Program-made: the position numbers and the translations under genes
The notes under the pieces: generated by a model
Databases searched by the model: none
Seen by the model: only the letters and a program-made list of their open reading frames with translations
What the model was told of the DNA's origin: nothing
Part shown: positions 15,995-24,000 of the stretch, one piece after another
Position numbering within the stretch: the stretch's first letter is position 1
How the letters are laid out: the number at the start of each line of letters is the position of its first letter
Virus record (IMG/VR): IMGVR_UViG_3300046788_000279
Location: 1-31,126 of that record
DNA from: a virus
Taxonomy: Duplodnaviria; Caudoviricetes
Reading direction: 5' to 3' (one strand)
DNA length: 31,126 bases

Positions 15995-16530
15995 CAGGTC
16001 ATCCCCTGGTTGGCATCGATGTAGACACCCACGATATTGCGGCGGATCGGGTCAGTGCATTCGAGCTTCACCATGCGCTCGCGGCTCTGGCCCATCTTCA
16101 GCCAGCGCAGCCGGCTCAGGTATTCGCCGAGCCTGCCGATCGAGCGCGGCTTCACCAGCGTGCTCCAGCTTCGGCCACCGTCGTCGCTGACGGTGAGGCG
16201 CCACTGCGGATCGGCCGCCGGCCCCGCCCCTTCGGTGATGAAGTACGGCGTGCAGCCTGGGCCGCCTGTCGCACCGACCACGCCGGTTGGCGCAAACCCG
16301 CCGCCAGTGCCGGCGTTCCCGGCAAAGTCCAGCGGTGGTCCGCGTGTTGTCAGATAGACTGCCGGCGGCCCGGCGAAGGGCAGGGCGCCGTTATCGCCCA
16401 TCCAGGCAGGGGTGCCGCCTGTCGCGATGAACTTGCGCCGGTTGGCCTCGACGGACAGATCGAGGAAGCCGGGTGTCGGCTCGAACACCAGCTCTGCATC
16501 AATCAGTGTCCGGGGAGGGGGGAGCGCCAT
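15994..16530 (-). CDS. Split gp10-like hub, short C-terminal chain (chain C)
   Basis: C-half of a lectin-like domain (DAELVF...LDLSVEANRRKFI...PAVYL) plus the gp10-type C-terminus DPQWRLTVSDDGGRSWS...RSIGRLGEY..RLRWLKMGQSRERMVKLECTDPIRRNIVG. Confidence 0.8.
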   Translation of the reverse strand: MALPPPRTLIDAELVFEPTPGFLDLSVEANRRKFIATGGTPAWMGDNGALPFAGPPAVYLTTRGPPLDFAGNAGTGGGFAPTGVVGATGGPGCTPYFITEGAGPAADPQWRLTVSDDGGRSWSTLVKPRSIGRLGEYLSRLRWLKMGQSRERMVKLECTDPIRRNIVGVYIDANQGMT

Positions 16531-17057
16531 CAGGCCATACCCTGTTCGTCATCGATATAAATACCAATAATGTTCCGTCTGACCGGATCGGTACACTCCA
16601 GCTTGATCGAGCGCTGCCGGAAGTGCCCCATCTTCAGCCAGCGCAGCCGCGTCTTGTAGGCGCCGGTCACGCCGATGTCGCGTGGCTTTACCAACGTCGA
16701 CCACGTCCGCGATCCGTCGTCGCTGACCGACAATCGCCATTGCGGCCTGGACGCGGGGCCAGCCGCTTCGGTGATGAAATACGGCGAGCAGCCCGGTGGT
16801 GGGCTCGCCAGTCCCAGCGGGCCATTGCTGATAGCGAAGCTGCCGCCAGCACCGTTGTTGTTGGCGAAAGTGGCCGGGTCCGTGCCAAGCGCCGAGAGGT
16901 AGACCGGTGGCACTTGGCCGCTGAAGGGGACGCTGCCGTTCGCTGTCATCCACTGCGGCGTGATGGTGCTGCTGACGAACAGGCGACGGTTGGCTTCCAC
17001 TGTGAGATCCATGAAGCTGGCGGTGTCGCTGAACACCAGCTCGGCATCGGTCAGGGT
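15994..17057. repeat. Diverged tandem duplication of the hub C-terminal module (~15994-16509 vs ~16530-17057)
   Basis: Collinear proteins from TL(I/T)DAELVF to QGM(T/A)-stop; many differences are synonymous. Confidence 0.9.
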
Positions 17058-18182
17058 CTGGCCAGATACTGCGAAGGATATCCCGCAATTCGTATAGGCT
17101 GGGCCACGGCCGGCGACGCGCCACTCGACGGCTTGACCCTCAAGCACCCAGTCTGTGACGCCGTAACCCCTTGGAAGAAGTCCAGGTGAAGTGTTGGTGG
17201 TAAGACTGTCCTCGTTTCCGGCAATCAGCTCGTAAACCCACGGCAATACCCGGACCTCAGGCGCGTCCGGCGTCATAACCATACCGGTCCATGGCGGCGT
17301 GCTGGTGACGAGATGCTGGAAGTTGCTTGCGTTGGTATCGAATGGGGCTGCTGGGTTGGCGAGGTTTTTGAAGACAGTGACATCGCCCAACAGGAAGCCA
17401 GGACTGGTGAAGCCGGTGCCGGATATAGAGAGCGTGGCGCTGACTGGCGTTGGTGCGAGCGCCCACCACACCTCCATGACGTAATTCTTGGATGCAGGCG
17501 GAATAGCGCTCGGCATGTACACGGCCGATGTCTGTCGAGATAGCCGGGTGAACGTCAGGCCGGCGAAGTTGATCGATGTGACGGCCGGTGCCGTTGGGGG
17601 TGTGCTGCCAGCCGCTCCCGCATAGCCGACGACGCCGACCAACAGCACCGAGTTGGCGGCGGTGGTCGTCACCGTGAAAGAGTTATTTATTGCAGGATAA
17701 GTACTGAACGTATTGTCATAGATCGACGCATCCGTCGCCCCGACTAACATGAGCCCATAGTACATCCCCGTCTGCTGATCACCCGAAGCAGTTGATGGCA
17801 CATTCTGGACGAATACAGGAGCAAGCGGCAGTGGCGTCGCGCTCTCGTTGTATCGCGCCCACAGCCGGAACGTGTCGGATGATGCTGCGGAGGTGTTGGT
17901 GTAAGCGACCCTGCCGTCGCGTGACTGTTGCCATGTGAAGCGGCTTGTTGGTGTTCCATCTAAGGTGATGACGCCATGCGCTGGCGGGGTGACCACATCG
18001 ATATAGACGTGATTGTTGTTGGTGATGGTGCTGAGATTATTGTCGTGCGACGTGCTGATGCTGATGACGAAGCCGGTGAAAACGTACGTCCCCCCTGGGG
18101 GGATGTCCCCAGCGAAAAAACCGATGCTGAGATTATAGGGGTTCAGCAGACCGGTGCGGACGTCTGCGGGCGGGACTGCCAT
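16530..18182 (-). CDS. Split gp10-like hub, long C-terminal chain (chain B) with N-terminal cadherin/CSPG-like and further beta domains
   Basis: VVTPPAHGVITLDGTPTSRFTWQQSRDGRVAYTNTSAASSDTF repeat-like unit; Thr/Ser-rich beta domain; last ~175 aa paralogous to 15994..16530. Confidence 0.8.
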   Translation of the reverse strand: MAVPPADVRTGLLNPYNLSIGFFAGDIPPGGTYVFTGFVISISTSHDNNLSTITNNNHVYIDVVTPPAHGVITLDGTPTSRFTWQQSRDGRVAYTNTSAASSDTFRLWARYNESATPLPLAPVFVQNVPSTASGDQQTGMYYGLMLVGATDASIYDNTFSTYPAINNSFTVTTTAANSVLLVGVVGYAGAAGSTPPTAPAVTSINFAGLTFTRLSRQTSAVYMPSAIPPASKNYVMEVWWALAPTPVSATLSISGTGFTSPGFLLGDVTVFKNLANPAAPFDTNASNFQHLVTSTPPWTGMVMTPDAPEVRVLPWVYELIAGNEDSLTTNTSPGLLPRGYGVTDWVLEGQAVEWRVAGRGPAYTNCGISFAVSGQTLTDAELVFSDTASFMDLTVEANRRLFVSSTITPQWMTANGSVPFSGQVPPVYLSALGTDPATFANNNGAGGSFAISNGPLGLASPPPGCSPYFITEAAGPASRPQWRLSVSDDGSRTWSTLVKPRDIGVTGAYKTRLRWLKMGHFRQRSIKLECTDPVRRNIIGIYIDDEQGMA

Positions 18183-19879
18183 CAGGTGCTCGGGATCAGT
18201 GACCAGCTCGACCCGTCATTGCCGATCGGATTGGTGCTGGACCATGTCAAGGATGTCGCGGTCAGATGCACATCGCCATAGCCGGCCGTGCTGATCCAAC
18301 ACTGGATCGCGTGGGTCGCGGTGTCGCAGGTGATGCCAACCCACACCCAGGACGACCACACCGTCCACTGATACTCGGCGTCGACGATCGCGGCACCGCT
18401 GGCATCCTTGGCGCGCACGATGATCTGGTTGGCACCCACGCTGCTGGTGTTGTTGGCGATCTTGATCGTCAGGTTGGTGTTGCCGAAGGTGAGGCCGCGG
18501 GTGGTGCCATCGTTCGGCATGAACACCCAGTCACTGAACACGAAGTTGCTGTAGGTCGTCGGCAGCCCCAGTAGCGCTCCTGGTGTCGCGATCTGGGTCG
18601 GCGTCGTCATAGTGATACCGGCCGGACAGAACTCGTTGAGGATCTGCTGCGTGTAGGGCGCCCCCATACCGCTCTCGACGTCGATCTCGAACTTGCGCAT
18701 GAACACGCGACGGCGGTCGCTGTGCAAAGGCGGTCCGACCACCAGCGCCCGCATCGTGCTGTCGAACTCGCGGAACACGTTGTTGTTGAGCTGGTCGACC
18801 CGGCCCGACAGGCTGTCACCCATCAGCAGCTCGGGGTAGCGCTCGATTGATGAGCTGTTGTTGACCACGCAGTTGACCCGCCAGCGGCCGATCGAGCTGT
18901 CGTGGTTGTCGGCAGTCCAGCTTTCGCGCTCGTGCCAGCGCTTGGTCGCCAGATCCAACACCCAGGTGGCGTGGGCAGCGGGGAAGGTGATGGCGATCAT
19001 CTTGTGGCCCATCACCGTGTAGCTGAACGCCTTGGTGTAGTAGTGACCGGTGTACTTCGCCCACTGCGTTTCGATCGCGTGGTTGCTCTGCCGTTCCGGC
19101 GCGAACCCATTTAGTTTGTAAAACACCAGATCGTCGCCGAGGAAGAACATCGTGTTGTCTTCCAGCACGATGCTGTAAGGCGCCATCAGTCCACGCTGCA
19201 CCAGGGCGCCCGAGCTGCGCGAGAACGGGAAGGCCGGGGTCGGGTTGCCGGCGTCGTACCACACTTCGAGGCGCCGCTCGCCGCAGATGAACAGCTGCTC
19301 GTGGCAGTTGGCCGCGGCGACGACGAGGTCGCTGGTGGCTTCCTTGCTGGCGAACATCGCGCCATTGAGCGGATCGGTGCCATTCCACTGCGGCGGCGAG
19401 ATGAAGAACTGCTGCGTGCCACGGCGGATGAACACAAAATACGTGTCGAAGTAGGTGACAGTGGTGCTGGGGAAGAAGTTAGGATCGGTGATCTGGTGGA
19501 TGCCGGTCGTCGTGTTGTAGGTCCACCCTGTCACGCCATCCACCCAGCAGATCGTGACGCCGTTGTTGTCGATGCTGCAGCCGTTGGTGCTGACCGAGGT
19601 GTGACCGAGATACACCGAGACACCATTGTGCTCGATGCGGAACAGGCTGTCACCGGTCAGCGCGTAGACCTTGCCGCCCATCGAGGTGAAATTGATGATC
19701 GGGCCGCTGCCGCAGTTGGCGAACGGCGATGTGCCGGGGTGCATGAAGATGCCGATGTTCGCCTTGCTGCGAGCGTCGGGGATCTCCTGCTCGGCGAACA
19801 TATTGACCACCCGGCTCGCGTTCAGCGGCAGGGAATTCGTCGTGTAACTCTGCGCGATCCAGTCCGCTACTTGCGGAAT
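18182..19879 (-). CDS. P22 gp10-like packaged-DNA stabilization/tail hub protein, N-terminal chain (chain A); probable ATT start
   Basis: SYTTNSLPLNASRVVNMFAE, TVTYFDTYFVF, FASKEATSDLVV, LEVWYDAG, RQSNHAIE, GHKMIAITFP...TWVLDLATKRWHER, FEIDVESGMG; then a lectin-like N-half and a stop. The SDDGG C-terminus is missing. GGAG lies 8 nt before ATT 19879. Confidence 0.85.
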   Translation of the reverse strand: MPQVADWIAQSYTTNSLPLNASRVVNMFAEQEIPDARSKANIGIFMHPGTSPFANCGSGPIINFTSMGGKVYALTGDSLFRIEHNGVSVYLGHTSVSTNGCSIDNNGVTICWVDGVTGWTYNTTTGIHQITDPNFFPSTTVTYFDTYFVFIRRGTQQFFISPPQWNGTDPLNGAMFASKEATSDLVVAAANCHEQLFICGERRLEVWYDAGNPTPAFPFSRSSGALVQRGLMAPYSIVLEDNTMFFLGDDLVFYKLNGFAPERQSNHAIETQWAKYTGHYYTKAFSYTVMGHKMIAITFPAAHATWVLDLATKRWHERESWTADNHDSSIGRWRVNCVVNNSSSIERYPELLMGDSLSGRVDQLNNNVFREFDSTMRALVVGPPLHSDRRRVFMRKFEIDVESGMGAPYTQQILNEFCPAGITMTTPTQIATPGALLGLPTTYSNFVFSDWVFMPNDGTTRGLTFGNTNLTIKIANNTSSVGANQIIVRAKDASGAAIVDAEYQWTVWSSWVWVGITCDTATHAIQCWISTAGYGDVHLTATSLTWSSTNPIGNDGSSWSLIPST

Positions 19880-19899
19880 GACACATACTCCGATAAAGA
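19871..19899 (+). promoter_or_regulatory. Putative promoter giving a leaderless HNH transcript
   Basis: TTGCGG (19871-19876), 17 bp, TAAAGA (19894-19899); predicted +1 coincides with the A of ATG 19906; no SD sequence. Confidence 0.35.
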
Positions 19900-19905
19900 T
19901 TGTCT

Positions 19906-20379
19906 ATGGTTTACAAGAGACTGCCATCTCGGCGACAGCTCAGCCAGTTGTTCAGCTACGACCCAGACACCGGGCTTCTGACGCGCAGGTCCGGCAAGGT
20001 GGTCAAACCGCAACCGAGCCAGAAATACACATCGGTTCCGATGGGTCATAACACCAGATTTCAGGCCCATCGGATCATTTGGAAGATGGTCACTGGCCGC
20101 GAGCCGACCATACTCGACCACATCAATCGGGATGGGAACGACAACCGGTGGTCGAACCTCAGACAATGCACTTGGTCGCAGAGCAACGCCAACCGTCGGA
20201 GCATAGACCGAGGCAGCGCCCTTAGGGGGGTCGTATTCCACAAAGGGGCATGGCAAGCCGGGATCAAGGTGCATGGACACCTGACGCATCTCGGATGCTT
20301 TCGCACCGAGGAGGCTGCCCACGCTGCCTATGTCGCTGCTGGGAAGAAGGCCTTCGGTGAGTTCTTCCATGATGGTTAG
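19906..20379 (+). CDS. HNH endonuclease with AP2-like domain, antisense to the late operon
   Basis: LFSYDPDTG; FQAHRIIWKMVTG; LDHINRDGNDNRWSNLR; LRGVVFHKGAWQAGI...HLGCFRTEEAAHAAY...FGEF. Confidence 0.92.
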   Translation: MVYKRLPSRRQLSQLFSYDPDTGLLTRRSGKVVKPQPSQKYTSVPMGHNTRFQAHRIIWKMVTGREPTILDHINRDGNDNRWSNLRQCTWSQSNANRRSIDRGSALRGVVFHKGAWQAGIKVHGHLTHLGCFRTEEAAHAAYVAAGKKAFGEFFHDG

Positions 20380-22055
20380 GTGTTCCGGGTGTCGGAGAAG
20401 CTCTGCACTCCGAAGTATACGCTCTCCGGCTCGCGGTCCCAGGCGCGTGCGACCATCAGCCGTTCATCTGCCAGCCCCTTCAGCAACTGGATGTTGTAGT
20501 CAGCCTTGAGGGCGGCACGGCGCTCCGAGTGCTCCGGCCACAGCTCGACGGCGAGGCAGAAGCGCAGCGCGTTATTCCACTCCACCGGAAAGTTGTCCGC
20601 GGTGGTGAGGTCGGCAAATGTGGTGAGCGGTAGCTGCACCGTCATCTGCAGGGCTTGGTTGACGTTCCCGGCGGTCGGCCACGTCGACAGCTCGGCGAAG
20701 CCCAGCTGCGGATCGAAGAAGAAGCCGGTCACCTCTCCCGGCTCGTCCTTGTTGGTCTGGAAGCTGTAATCGATCCGGCTGTAGACCGTCAGCGGCGTCT
20801 CGATCTTGGTCGGTATCCCTAGGTTGCCGGCATAGATGATGCGGCGGGCTGCGGGGGCCTTCAGAGGCCGCGGCAGGTCGTCGGTGTAGGAGATCACCCT
20901 GGCGCCGCTGGAGGCCTGTGAGGGCAGCCCGGAGGCCAGTGTGATGGTGGTTCCCGGCACTGCGGCCGCGACTGTCCAGAAGTAGTGCGCCTGCTGCGTC
21001 GCGGTGGCATCGAGCACCACGGCGACGTGGTCACCCGCCGCCATGCCGGTGATCGCGTTGACCGCCAGGGTGGTGGCGCCGGCCGCGGCGGTGCCGGTCA
21101 GGAAGGTCTGCCTCCAGGCATTGGAGGCGCAGCAGTGGTCGGGAGATCCGACACCGATGCGGTAGATCCGCTGGCCGGGCTGCAGGAACAAGGTGGCGTC
21201 GCGCTCCGTCCACAGATGTATCCCCAGGCCCTGCCAGGACTGCACCATGGCGTTGAGCGAGTAGAACCCGTTGTTGATCAGGCCGAGAGTGGGGGTCTCC
21301 TGCGCGCCGCAGCCACCGCACAGACGGAGCGCGCCGGCAATCAATTGGTACACTGCCTGGGAGAACGGCAGGGTGGTGGTGCCTTGTGGTTCGGTGTCCC
21401 AGCCCTGGACGATCTTGAGCTTCTCGTCCGCCAGTTCCTTGAGCATCTTCATCCGCTCGGCGGGCACGTCGTATTCGGGGCCCAGCTCCACTGCCAGGGC
21501 GAAGCGGAGCGCGGAGACCCACTCCTGCGGGATGTCCGCGGTATCGCGCTGGGTATCGAAGCTCTGCAGCGGGCGCTGGGCGACGAAGCGGGCGAGGCCG
21601 GTGGCGGCGGGCGCCGGATAGACCGTCAGGACGCCGAAGGGCAGCTGCGGGTCGTAGAAGTACTGCACAGGCGGTCCGGGAGGGGTCAGCTTGTTGGACA
21701 GGTTGGCGTAGTCCCAGCGCGACATCGGGATCAACGGCTCTTCCTCGGCGCCGAGGACGAAGCGGCCTTCGGTAATCTTCAGCGGCCTGGGGATGAGCGG
21801 CAGGTCCGCGGAGCCGATGCCGATCTGGTAGGAGGCCTGCCCGGCGACCAGCGGCACGTCGATCGTGCTCTGGGTCCAGACGTGCAGATTGTTGCTCTGC
21901 CACGCGTGGATCAGGCCGTTCAATGCGGCGAGCGCGTCCTCGTATTCCTCGGCCGGTGGGGCTTCACCGGACTGGATGGCGCCGATCAGCCGCAGCCCGC
22001 CCGTGATGATTTGATACGTACTGGGATTAAAGGTGTAGTCGCCGCTGGAGGCCAT
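20376..22055 (-). CDS. Head-to-tail adaptor (P22 gp4-like) composed of two tandem adaptor domains
   Basis: YQIITGGLRLIG...ALNGLIHAWQ...LHVWT...IPQEWVSALRFALAVEL...GWDTEP recurs as YQLIAGALRLCG...SLNAMVQSWQ...IHLWT...FPVEWNNALRFCLAVEL...AWDREP; GAGG RBS; directly upstream of the hub apart from the HNH. Confidence 0.85.
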   Translation of the reverse strand: MASSGDYTFNPSTYQIITGGLRLIGAIQSGEAPPAEEYEDALAALNGLIHAWQSNNLHVWTQSTIDVPLVAGQASYQIGIGSADLPLIPRPLKITEGRFVLGAEEEPLIPMSRWDYANLSNKLTPPGPPVQYFYDPQLPFGVLTVYPAPAATGLARFVAQRPLQSFDTQRDTADIPQEWVSALRFALAVELGPEYDVPAERMKMLKELADEKLKIVQGWDTEPQGTTTLPFSQAVYQLIAGALRLCGGCGAQETPTLGLINNGFYSLNAMVQSWQGLGIHLWTERDATLFLQPGQRIYRIGVGSPDHCCASNAWRQTFLTGTAAAGATTLAVNAITGMAAGDHVAVVLDATATQQAHYFWTVAAAVPGTTITLASGLPSQASSGARVISYTDDLPRPLKAPAARRIIYAGNLGIPTKIETPLTVYSRIDYSFQTNKDEPGEVTGFFFDPQLGFAELSTWPTAGNVNQALQMTVQLPLTTFADLTTADNFPVEWNNALRFCLAVELWPEHSERRAALKADYNIQLLKGLADERLMVARAWDREPESVYFGVQSFSDTRNT

Positions 22056-22063
22056 GACCTACC

Positions 22064-23581
22064 TCAGGTGATGATGATCTGCGGGTTGACCCACACTGTG
22101 GTGGAGATCTTCCCGAGACGCACGATACCACGCACCCGCCCGGCGACCTGCGGTGTGAATGTCACTTGGATGTGCTGCTTGACCGGGGTCGATGGCATGT
22201 TGTTCCAGGTCACCGTGGAGGTCGGGATGGCGGCTGAGGGTGTCAGTGGACTAGGCAGGCTGTAGGCAAAGGCGCCGAGCGATGAGCCAGCCGTGGCCTG
22301 ATACTCCAGCATCAGGTTGATGTCGGTGTTGTTCAGGCTGGCGCTGCTGATGATCTCTACGGTCGCGGTGCGCGGAGCACCGACGGTGGTGAGTTCGACG
22401 TCCATCCAGAACGTGTCGAGCGTCATCGCGAAAGGATCGCTGCGCGTGCTGGACACCAGCTTGTGTGAGAACAGCCCGACATCGTCCTGTGCGCCGCCGA
22501 CCAGGACTGTCGATCTATCTACGGTGACATCGCCGGCTGGTGTGTGGCGTTCGTTGATGATGCTCGTACCGTCGAAGCAGTTGACCAATTCGACCTCGTC
22601 GGCGGCGCTATTGTAGGAAGCGGTGCCGAGCCGCGCGACGCCCGGGGCAATGCGGCAGCTATCGAACAGAGCCTTCTGGAATGAGTTGGTGGCGAGGCCG
22701 TTGACGAGTGTGTTGGTCACCGCGCTCAGGTCAACGCCCCGGCAGGTGATGTACGTCGCGGCGCCGTTTTGAGTGTTGTTGAACAATGCCGCTGGCGCGG
22801 TGCCCAGCACGGCTGCTGGCGTATTTATCCAAGTGAAGTCGAACCCGTAGTTGCTGGGGTTGAGGAGGCGTTGACCGATGGCGTTGAAGGTCACCGTGGT
22901 GTTGTCGAAGGTCACCTTCGTCGGGCAAGCGCCGCTTCCCCAGCAGCTAGTGTTGCTGGTGCTGAAGATGAGGGCGCAATTCTTGAAGTAGTGCGCTTTT
23001 GTTCCACTGTTGGAGAAGTAGAATGTGGCTGCCGTGCCAGCGACGTTGAAAGTGATGCCCTGCCAGTAGGTGTCGGACATCGCATCTAAGATCCAAGGGA
23101 CGGTGGATGCGATGCTGGCGCCCGACAGGGCGTCGGCGGCGACTGGTGGGACCGATCCGGCGCGGTTGACCGAGATGGCTTGGGTGAGACCAAACCCCGG
23201 GCCGCATAGTTGGTACCAGTTGTTCGCGCTGCTCTCGCTGTGGTCGCTCGACAGGAAAATCCGGTCCCCGAGCACGATGCGCGAAGACGGGCCGCTGAAG
23301 GTCAACTCGTATAAGTTGCCAGCCGCCGCTGCCCAGCCGTAGGTCGACTGGCCGGTGACATTGGTAAAGGTGGCGCCGCCCGTGGTGACCGTACTGTTGT
23401 TGCCTGTTGGCCACGCCGGCTCGGTGGCGGCGGTTCCGGCGGTGGTGCAGCGGAAGGCGTATTGGGCAGTGAAGGCGGGCGCCGTCAACGGTCGGACGAT
23501 CTGTCCGACGGTGTAGACGCCGCTCACCGCGAACTGCGTGATCGCTGTCCAGGCGACGCTCGATACGTACCAATCACTCAA
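22064..23581 (-). CDS. Tail appendage/fibre-associated protein
   Basis: TTG start overlapping the HNH stop (TTGA); N-terminal YTVGQIVRP...FRCTTAGT..TEPAWPT module typical of phage tail proteins; beta-helix-like central region. Confidence 0.7.
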   Translation of the reverse strand: MSDWYVSSVAWTAITQFAVSGVYTVGQIVRPLTAPAFTAQYAFRCTTAGTAATEPAWPTGNNSTVTTGGATFTNVTGQSTYGWAAAAGNLYELTFSGPSSRIVLGDRIFLSSDHSESSANNWYQLCGPGFGLTQAISVNRAGSVPPVAADALSGASIASTVPWILDAMSDTYWQGITFNVAGTAATFYFSNSGTKAHYFKNCALIFSTSNTSCWGSGACPTKVTFDNTTVTFNAIGQRLLNPSNYGFDFTWINTPAAVLGTAPAALFNNTQNGAATYITCRGVDLSAVTNTLVNGLATNSFQKALFDSCRIAPGVARLGTASYNSAADEVELVNCFDGTSIINERHTPAGDVTVDRSTVLVGGAQDDVGLFSHKLVSSTRSDPFAMTLDTFWMDVELTTVGAPRTATVEIISSASLNNTDINLMLEYQATAGSSLGAFAYSLPSPLTPSAAIPTSTVTWNNMPSTPVKQHIQVTFTPQVAGRVRGIVRLGKISTTVWVNPQIIIT

Positions 23582-24000
23582 CGAACCGGCTCCATTAGCG
23601 CTCGCTCAACAGCCCACCCCAGAACGTCAATCCGGCGTCGGATCGTGCGCGTGTGAATGCCGGTCTGCTCGGCCCACGCCGCTATGCACTGCGTTGTGCC
23701 GTCTAGCGAGATGAGCCGGTTGCTGCGTCTGTTCCGCGCCTGCTCGCTCCTATCCGCCCATTCACAATTAGCTGGTGAGTAGCCGAGGGCGTTGTCTATG
23801 CGCTCCAAGGTCAGCCCTACCGGAGGTGATCCCGTGTCAGCATAGAACCGCTCAAAGTCCTGCCATCGGACATCCACACCGATGCCGCGGCCACCATAGT
23901 AGGCATAATTCATATGTTTCGTGTCATGACACTTGTGCATCATGTTGTTCCAGGCATTGTATGCCCGGCCACGATCAGTCGTGTCCCACTTCCTTGCCAT
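23578..24000 (-). CDS. HNH-type endonuclease (YGGRGI subfamily) with C-terminal HTH-like segment
   Basis: AYNAWNNMMHKC...YYGGRGIGVDVRWQDFERFYADTG...TLERIDNALGYSPANCEWADRSEQARNRRSN...IAAWAEQTGI. Confidence 0.88.
   Translation of the reverse strand: MARKWDTTDRGRAYNAWNNMMHKCHDTKHMNYAYYGGRGIGVDVRWQDFERFYADTGSPPVGLTLERIDNALGYSPANCEWADRSEQARNRRSNRLISLDGTTQCIAAWAEQTGIHTRTIRRRIDVLGWAVERALMEPVR

Noticed and set aside
15994-17057. Duplicated module as a DGR template/variable repeat pair
   Set aside because: Differences are largely synonymous and not adenine-specific, both copies are coding, and no reverse transcriptase is in the window.
18170-18200. Programmed -1 frameshift fusing hub chains A and B
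   Set aside because: No slippery heptamer precedes the stop (CCG AGC ACC TGA), and the same CCTGATG coupling occurs at 16530 and 15994. A sequencing indel cannot be fully excluded without reads.
19650-19886. ATG 19886 as the hub start or a real 78-aa gene
   Set aside because: Wrong frame for the hub, only 1 nt from GGAG, and the product looks like shadow translation.
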